This document shows, in pieces, positions 35,357 to 64,000 of a DNA stretch of 64,000 nucleotides. The notes below the pieces were generated by a model. That model was not told the DNA's origin. It saw only the letters and a list, made by a program, of their open reading frames with translations, and did not search any database. Within the stretch, counting starts at the first letter, position 1, and every line of letters starts with the position of its first letter. This DNA is from Amoebidium appalachense. Lineage: Eukaryota > Protista > Ichthyosporea. Both the position numbers and the translations under genes were made by a program. The stretch lies in assembly GCA_963693365.1 (NCBI GenBank), contig CAVNZM010000008.1:3501572-3565571 (forward strand). The letters are read 5' to 3'.

Positions 35357-38300
35357 CTATAATTTTGTAGTGATGTGTTTCTCAAGCCAATCAATACACC
35401 TAATAAACAGGTCGTAGTTACGCGTGTTTAGTATAAAATCAAGGATGTTGTAATTTACAGGTAGGCTATCTTTCTGGGTGTCTGTTGTGAATGTGACGTG
35501 TGTGTGTTGCGGTATTATGAGGTCTATCAAACTACATTTGGCGATACATGACCGGTTAAACTGGTGTGTGTGTGTGTTGTTTGGGCATGCAAATGATGCC
35601 ACCTTATACTTATTAGATCTCCACTGTATAGCACGTGTACAGTAAAAGCGTGGTAATTGATCAATAATACCATCAGCTAGAGAAAGACCAGTTCTACAGG
35701 AAGGTAATATGTATTTAGGTGTTATACACTTGCGAGTGCCATATTTGGCAATATGGTTGAGGCGGTCAGTATATATAAAACGAGACATAAGGCTTAGTTT
35801 TTCAAGGTGTATGCTTTCATCGGGTCTAGTGTCGTGTGGTATCTTTTTCCATTTGTTATATTGCGTGATTATCTTGTGATTGTGTACATGTTTAATAAGT
35901 AAGTGGCAGTCCAAAGTCACACACACACTATTGCGGGGTTTATTTGTATTTGTGCCCAGGGGAGAAGGGGAGAGAGAGGGGAGGAAAGAGGGGAGAGGTG
36001 AGGAGGGGACAGGTCGGATAGAGAAGAGAGGGTGGGAGGGCAAATACTTCTTTAAGCGGCTTATGTGCTTATTGAATTTCAGCGCGAGATAGGATACTCT
36101 AGCAGCTATTGGGACCAGACCATATATCGAGAGCGTTACAGGCCCAGGTTTACAACAGTTGTTAGATAGAAAGGAGGCAACTTCTGCTTCAAGGAAATTT
36201 GCCAAGGGTTTAAGCGCTCTAGTTCTCTCTTTCTTGATCCAAGCGGCGAGAAGGGGTAAACCATATTCACATGCCGGGAAGACAAAAGTGCGAATAAATG
36301 TAAGTCTAATAGAAGGATGGAGGGGTGTGTCTTTAAAAATATTAGCCGAGAAGAAAGCTAACCGCTTACGAGCCAACTCTACCCTCTTTTCGACCATATG
36401 GGGAAACATAACACCAACAGAATCAACCGGAACACCAAGATATTTGTATTCTGGAACTATAGGTACAGGTTTAGATGATAATGTAAATGTGTGTAAATTG
36501 TTAGCTATATCAGGTACAAGAACACCACATTTGTCTATGTTAAGGATCATAAGGTTTGCCTTGCACCACTCTGACACTACATCGAACAATCTTTGCAGGC
36601 GTCTAGGGGTACGGGCAAGGAGGGACAGATCATCAGCATAGAGAAGTGCAGGCGGAAAGTTATTAATAGGGTCATCGTTTTCGGCGTAAATCTTGACAGC
36701 CAAATCATCTATAAATAGGTTAAACAAAAAGGGGCTAAGCAATGAACCCTGCAAGAGACCTCTAGTACGAGCAAAACCATATGAAAGATGCCCATTAACC
36801 ACAGCTCTACCATAGGTTTGAGACAAGAGTGCTTCTAACAGAACACCAATGCAGTGTGGTACACCCCGTGCAGCAAGCTTTTCCCATAGGAGACCAGGGG
36901 AGACAGAATCGTAAGCAGTTTTCCAATCAATAAAGCCAACATATTGTGCACCAACTTGCATAGAATCGTGCAGTGCCATTATTTGAACATAACATGAATT
37001 GTTTTTACGAAAAGCGGATTGGCATGGGTGTATGTGAAGAATAGATTGAAACCTAGGGTGATGTGCAAATAACCTAAGTAAGCAAGCTTCAAAGAATCTA
37101 CGAACAACCTGGGTTAGTGTAATGGGGCGAAAGGATGATATGGGGCCCTCAGAGTCCTTCTTAACTATGGGGATCACTAAGGTATCTAACCAAGATGACG
37201 GGACATGTCCACATTTAACACACCAAGAAAAGAGAGAGCTTAACATGATAGTAAGATCAGGTTTAATAGCACGATCACTTTCCTTTTGTGGGTAGGAGGG
37301 AACAAGGATTTTAAGAAACCCAGCAGGGAGTCCATCAGGTCCACAAGACTTACTAGAGCTATAACTAGATATCACAGACCATATGGCATCGGGACTGAAA
37401 AAGGGGAGGATCGATTCTATGGGGATAGATGGGTCTACAGGCCACACAATAGGTTTCTGAGCGGGGGTCCTATCTTTAAACAGTTCCGAGAAATACTTAT
37501 CAGAGTCTATGAGGGGGTCTCCAGTGGTATCACCAATAATACGAGCAGGGGGGCCAAATCGATTCATACTAGCAAGCCGGCGCAAGCTTTCCTTTTGAGA
37601 CAGGGGTTCACCTAGTCTAGCGGGAGTGGTGTTTGGTAACAAGAGAGCATCGGGATATTCCTTCCTACCACCGCCAGCATAATCACCGAGATCTATCAAA
37701 TCATCAACAATAAAGTTAGTGCATGTATCTAGTACGAGATGTGAATCTGGCCTGGCTTGTGCAGATTCTAATAGGCGCATATATATAGGGTGTTTCGTAG
37801 CATAGCATACACATACATCAACTCTACCCCACTGTGACTTAAGCTGGGATAGACGGAGGCGAAAGGTGGGAGGGGGAGGGGGGAGCAGATCAAGGGAGAT
37901 CTTAGGTAGGAAAAGGATAGGAGAGTGGTCAGATGACCTAGAGAGGTTAGGAGGGAGAGAGAGTTTTGACATGGTTGATGGCCAAAAGGCCACTCCCCAG
38001 TCGGTGTTGTGGGCATGGGATATTTGAGGGAACCGCAAAGTGTGACTTTGGACATACCTTGCTAAAGGGATAGCACGCTCCGGGGGCTTAGATGGGTACC
38101 CGACACTCACTTGCAGTGTGTCTGTGTGGTGGAGTCGCGTGTTAAAATCACCTAAAATAACAGTGGACATTGGTAACTGTGACAACTCGTGAGTCAATTC
38201 GACAACCGACATAGATGGTGGGTAATATACAAAAGTAAAAACATTAGAAAGAAACTCTATAGAAACCGAGAATTCCGTTTTTGCTACCGGTTTGCACTTC

Positions 38301-38551
38301 ACTCTCACGTGTGGTGCGGCAAGTACAATAATGCCTCGGTTTTTCGCGTAACCGGGGTGTGTGGATGTGTCGACCAATGTAGAGTTGAATTTGTGGTGGT
38401 TTTTAAACTGTGTTTCGCAAATCACTGTAAACGTGTGGTTGTTTGTCTGTTGTTGTATGTAGCTGATTTTATCGTCGAGTGTCCCGGGGGGGAGGCCCTT
38501 TTGGGGGCCCAGTGTCCGAGCATTCCAGAAGAAGAAGGATAAATTAGGCAT
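35357..38551 (-). CDS. LINE ORF2: AP-like endonuclease + reverse transcriptase
   Basis: 1064 aa. APE motifs WNART, ICETQ, GDFN, SDH. RT motifs FRPITL, DWKTAYDSV, GLLQGSLLSPFLFNLFIDDL, YADD, YKYLG. Confidence 0.95.
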   Translation of the reverse strand: MPNLSFFFWNARTLGPQKGLPPGTLDDKISYIQQQTNNHTFTVICETQFKNHHKFNSTLVDTSTHPGYAKNRGIIVLAAPHVRVKCKPVAKTEFSVSIEFLSNVFTFVYYPPSMSVVELTHELSQLPMSTVILGDFNTRLHHTDTLQVSVGYPSKPPERAIPLARYVQSHTLRFPQISHAHNTDWGVAFWPSTMSKLSLPPNLSRSSDHSPILFLPKISLDLLPPPPPTFRLRLSQLKSQWGRVDVCVCYATKHPIYMRLLESAQARPDSHLVLDTCTNFIVDDLIDLGDYAGGGRKEYPDALLLPNTTPARLGEPLSQKESLRRLASMNRFGPPARIIGDTTGDPLIDSDKYFSELFKDRTPAQKPIVWPVDPSIPIESILPFFSPDAIWSVISSYSSSKSCGPDGLPAGFLKILVPSYPQKESDRAIKPDLTIMLSSLFSWCVKCGHVPSSWLDTLVIPIVKKDSEGPISSFRPITLTQVVRRFFEACLLRLFAHHPRFQSILHIHPCQSAFRKNNSCYVQIMALHDSMQVGAQYVGFIDWKTAYDSVSPGLLWEKLAARGVPHCIGVLLEALLSQTYGRAVVNGHLSYGFARTRGLLQGSLLSPFLFNLFIDDLAVKIYAENDDPINNFPPALLYADDLSLLARTPRRLQRLFDVVSEWCKANLMILNIDKCGVLVPDIANNLHTFTLSSKPVPIVPEYKYLGVPVDSVGVMFPHMVEKRVELARKRLAFFSANIFKDTPLHPSIRLTFIRTFVFPACEYGLPLLAAWIKKERTRALKPLANFLEAEVASFLSNNCCKPGPVTLSIYGLVPIAARVSYLALKFNKHISRLKKYLPSHPLFSIRPVPSSPLPSFLPSLSPSPLGTNTNKPRNSVCVTLDCHLLIKHVHNHKIITQYNKWKKIPHDTRPDESIHLEKLSLMSRFIYTDRLNHIAKYGTRKCITPKYILPSCRTGLSLADGIIDQLPRFYCTRAIQWRSNKYKVASFACPNNTHTHQFNRSCIAKCSLIDLIIPQHTHVTFTTDTQKDSLPVNYNILDFILNTRNYDLFIRCIDWLEKHITTKL

Positions 38552-39728
38552 CGGTTTGGTCCGACACCTGTGGGGTTGGTTCCCACTTGTCGCTTACGGG
38601 GTCGTATGCACGACCTTCCGCCAGCGCGAACAGTTCGCAGAAGAGCTCGATTTCCATCTCGCATCGGCGTTTGCGCTCGAGCAGTTTCTCACCAGAAAAC
38701 ATTGGTTCATTCGTGTCCGTGTCTATCACGCTCGTAGCATCGTTTTCCAACTTTGCGAGGAACTCTTTTGCCTTGCTGATGCGTACACGACAACGTGTGG
38801 CGCACGCATTCTTAGCAGACACTTTACGTTCTTTGTCTGCTTTCTGAATGTTTTCCGGCGCGCATGGGTCGTAGCTTGGGAGGTGGGTGAAGAAGCTTCC
38901 ACACCCCTTTGTCGCGTCACGGATGAACGCACGGTTATAGTCGCCCCGTACTGCTACTTCCAGCACATCGTATCCAATGAAGGACAGACAAAGGATGCGA
39001 GAGCACCGGAAGCCGAGAGCCTTGAAGATGGACCACATGGCCCTGTGTGGGCGTCTGCCGTGCTTGACTTTGAAATACACCCTCTCGTATTTGGGTGGGA
39101 TGTTGATGTTACCGTTTGCTTGGGTGTTCCCCTTAGCCGGCGGTTTGGGAGGGGAGTTGCGGCGGTACTCGTTGCCTGCAAGAATGCTGGCATATGTTTC
39201 CTTGGCAATTTGGCGGAGCTCGGGTGTTTTACGAGAGTTCGCATATTCTAGGAACTCTGCCGGGAGCTGTGCTTCCGGTCCTGTGTTGTTTTGTGTTGGG
39301 GTGGAAATGTCTCCGTCGCGAGATGTTTGCTCATGAGTTTTGGGGTTTTGCGATCCACTAGTGTTTAGCTGGGCTGTGAGTGAATCAATGGTGAGCTTGA
39401 GTTGGGTATTTTCTGTTTGGAGTTTTTCTATCATGTTCTTGAGTGGTAACAGCTCATTTAGCTGTTTCTTAACGAGGGCAAGTTCTGCCAGTACTGTATC
39501 AACCGAAAGTTTCGGCATGGTTGTTATTGTGTTTCTACGGAGTGGTGTGGTGTTATTCTGAATGGGTAGTGTATTGTAAATAGGTGTTGCGCTTAGTCTA
39601 AGGCGATGTTTTTCTGGTTGTGCATCTGTGGTAGGTGTATCTGCTGGACGTTTTAATGGTCGCACATGTGTGATGGGTGTAGATGGAACTTTGAAAGAGG
39701 TTCTGAAACGATTATAGGCATGTGCCAT
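38544..39728 (-). CDS. LINE ORF1 (coiled-coil, putative nucleic-acid chaperone)
   Basis: 394-aa ORF with heptad coiled coil (LALVKKQLNELL...LQTENTQLKLTIDSLTAQL). Overlaps ORF2 by 8 nt (ATGCCTAA). The true start may be the ATG at 39518. Confidence 0.8.
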   Translation of the reverse strand: MAHAYNRFRTSFKVPSTPITHVRPLKRPADTPTTDAQPEKHRLRLSATPIYNTLPIQNNTTPLRRNTITTMPKLSVDTVLAELALVKKQLNELLPLKNMIEKLQTENTQLKLTIDSLTAQLNTSGSQNPKTHEQTSRDGDISTPTQNNTGPEAQLPAEFLEYANSRKTPELRQIAKETYASILAGNEYRRNSPPKPPAKGNTQANGNINIPPKYERVYFKVKHGRRPHRAMWSIFKALGFRCSRILCLSFIGYDVLEVAVRGDYNRAFIRDATKGCGSFFTHLPSYDPCAPENIQKADKERKVSAKNACATRCRVRISKAKEFLAKLENDATSVIDTDTNEPMFSGEKLLERKRRCEMEIELFCELFALAEGRAYDPVSDKWEPTPQVSDQTDA

Positions 39729-41348
39729 GACATGGATGGGGGTGTTCCCCGGCCCTTAGGGCCACGGATGGCCTGGTTTAGGGGTGGATGCGCGAAGGAT
39801 ACTATTTATTAGCAGATAATAAAGAGCGACATTTGAATCGATGTGCGACATTTGAATCGATGATCACATCGATCAGCCAATCAGAATCGTATTGCGTACA
39901 ATCCTTTTTAAATTCCCTCGCTGGGTTTAACCCAGGATGCATTCCGAGCATTCCTGTGCCACCTTGGACCAGGGTGTGTAAATTGTTTGTTTTGATGATC
40001 ATCACTTCAAGGCAACGCGTTTCTCAAGCATGGATAGCCGTAATAAAAAAGGTCACCAACCGTTTTAAGGTAACTTTTTTTATATCAAATCGATCCTGCT
40101 AGGGCCACTGGATAAAAATAAGTGGACCTAACATCGAAATCTATGTTGTGGAAGCATTTCAGGCTGCCGATGATTACAGCATCACAGCCTGGCGCTGACT
40201 GGCGTCTACTCCACTCCCAGACTATAGTATGATGCAGCGGCCTGAAATGTCCCGTCCCGTACACAATGAATTCGAAATAATTGACTACCATGGTGCCTAC
40301 TTACACACCCTGTAGGTACTTCTTTTGGAATGTTTTTGGTGACTGGGAGTGGGGATCTTGTGAAGTAATCGAGCCAATCACCAACCTATTCACAAGCACT
40401 TGGCAGCTAGCAAAAAAACTACAGCCTTGTCTCCCCTGATGATTTTTCATATTCTCAAAACAGCTAGCCTTCACACTCTCGTATGGCTTGGGGAACCTCT
40501 CATGCACATGGTGACGATCGGGTACCACTGTTTTGTGTAATCACACAAAACGTGACTTCATTTATTTTTTGTTCGCTCCTACTCAATGTGGGAAAAGAAC
40601 GAGCACATTGCCATATGCTTGTTTTCCTTCTGCCGCCCAAAACGTCAACTCTGATACTAAAACCAGTAAACAGTTGAATTCACGATGTTACCTGCGGCTC
40701 ATACAAATTACAAAGCTTGCCCCCCATCTGTTCAACTCCTAACAATCAATCGATTTTACCCGGTTTATATGGGAACCCAACATATGGCAAGGCTACCCAC
40801 AATGGGAACACGGAATTTTCCTGCGACAGGCAGGCTCACAACACACAACGACAGGTATCAGGCTGTGTTACTTCACGTCATAGGAATCTTACAGAACCGG
40901 CAAAACGGGATTTTTTTTAGAGGAATCTGCCACAAACGACCGACAGAAAGTGAAAATTAAAAAGATTAACTACAGCTACATGAACCTGAAACGAAACTGC
41001 AGACATGGTTTCATTAGAACTAGGAGGGAAAAAACAAGACAAAAACTTAACTAGAAAACCGAAAAGATGGAGAAACAGGGGAGAGAGGGAGAAAAATGCT
41101 GAGCAGAAAAACTTCGACAGCAATGTTATGCATGTATTTTAATTGAACAACAATAATTGCATAAGATTTTGACGTATTCAGATGGTTATGATTAAAACCA
41201 ACAGTTTACGTGAGATTTAACAAATATGCAATTCTACAACCCCAAATATAGAGCCAACAGCTAACACATGTTGCTCGTATTTTATGCACATTCACAAACT
41301 TTTCATTGTACATAGAAATAAAACAAACTAAACAACGGTCCTTTGTTT

Positions 41349-62995
<21,647 letters not shown>

Positions 62996-63215
62996 CTGCA
63001 CAAAAAAGGAAAGAGAGACCCAATCAGAAGCAAGCTTCATGTTGCTTAGCTTGTTGTCCCTGGTGTCGATTACTTCAATTGTTTCCGCTTTAAATGAGAG
63101 GGGGGGGGAGGAATAACTACAGGCCCTTATCTTGTGAGCTGGGAGGGGTAGTTTTTCTTTCTTTTCTTTTTTTTTTTGTGTGTGTGTGGGGGGGGGGGGG
63201 GGGGAGGGGGGGGGG

Positions 63216-63395
63216 TTTGAATGCGTCAAAAAGTACGAAGTACACAAGAACAAACGGATAACACGATGCAGAATGCAAGCCATACATAAAGAGTATGCAT
63301 AATAAGCAGAGCCCATCCTCAGGGGGGGCCCACGTCATCCACAGTACCCGAGTTTCGACCTATTCCCCTCGTTAACGAAACCCAACTCAGATACT

Positions 63396-63396
<1 letters not shown>
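63216..63396 (-). repeat. G-run-anchored repeat, subfamily B
   Basis: As for 61900, plus the stem CAGTACCCGAGTT.../...AACTCAGATACTG. Confidence 0.85.
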
Positions 63397-63427
<31 letters not shown>

Positions 63428-63721
63428 GGGGGAAGGGAGTAGCTTATGTGTGTACATGTCTGAGTTTGTGTGCAAGTGTGTGTGTGTGTGTGTGTGTGCG
63501 TGTGCGTGTGCGTGTGCGTGTGCGTGTGTGTGCGTGTGCGTGTGTGTTTGTGTGCGTGTGTGTGTGTGTGCGTGTGTGTGCCCATGGATGCCCTGAGATT
63601 GGTCGTGCCTGTGCGGTGCCTGGGTGTGTGCGTGTTTGGCTGATTTTGAATGTGTGTGAAGGTGCGTGCGTGCGCGCATGCTCGCTTGTGTATGTGTGTG
63701 TGTGTGTGTGTGCGTGTGCGT

Positions 63722-63787
<66 letters not shown>

Positions 63788-64000
63788 GCGCGCGTGCATG
63801 TGTGTACGTATCTATGTAGGTGTGTGTGTGTGTGCGTACGTGCCGGCTGGAACAGTCAGGCGTGGGTGCCTATATGCCTGTGTGTGAGCGTGTGTAAGTG
63901 AACTTGTGGGTGGGTGGGTGCAACTTTGTCTCTGTATGTATGTGCACATGTGTCTGTGAGCGGAGTGACTGTGTACTGGCATGAGTGACTCGATGCATGT

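Larger units (their letters stand above)
35220..39743 (-). mobile_element. Full-length APE-type non-LTR retrotransposon (LINE)
   Basis: Two intact ORFs. Poly(A) tail seen as T-run 35220-35252. 8-bp direct repeat GTTCCCCG at 35212-35219 and 39744-39751 (TSD). Confidence 0.92.

Noticed and set aside
63575-63612. Possible additional MTHFD1 exon (...QGIHG)
   Set aside because: No convincing GT donor and weak similarity; the upstream exons were not located.

Overview
Repeat-rich eukaryotic genomic DNA (opisthokont-like protist or fungus; taxon not determinable here) with dense poly-G/C runs and (CA)n/(CT)n microsatellites, so most six-frame ORFs are low-complexity artefacts. Left part: two nested, ~99% identical copies of a chromodomain-bearing Ty3/Gypsy LTR retrotransposon (2238-14352). 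Both carry a 242-nt inverted-repeat-bounded insert that breaks the frame between protease/dUTPase-like and RT. In the longer copy, gag ends in a UGA in frame with protease, and the 3' LTR has become a fold-back palindrome. Middle: a decayed Copia fragment, a Harbinger-type MITE, two small orphan genes, an intronless bacterial-type GH18/ChiC chitinase fused to a eukaryotic CBM1 and now disrupted, and an apparently intact APE-RT LINE with poly(A) and an 8-bp TSD. Right part: 27 minus-strand exons of a trifunctional C1-tetrahydrofolate synthase (MTHFD1/ADE3 type). Its introns often have C-runs just after donors and CA repeats just before acceptors, and they host about nine same-orientation copies of a structured non-coding repeat that always abuts a poly-G run. 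Best novelty candidates: the structured pol insert, the G-run-anchored structured repeat family, and the intron architecture.
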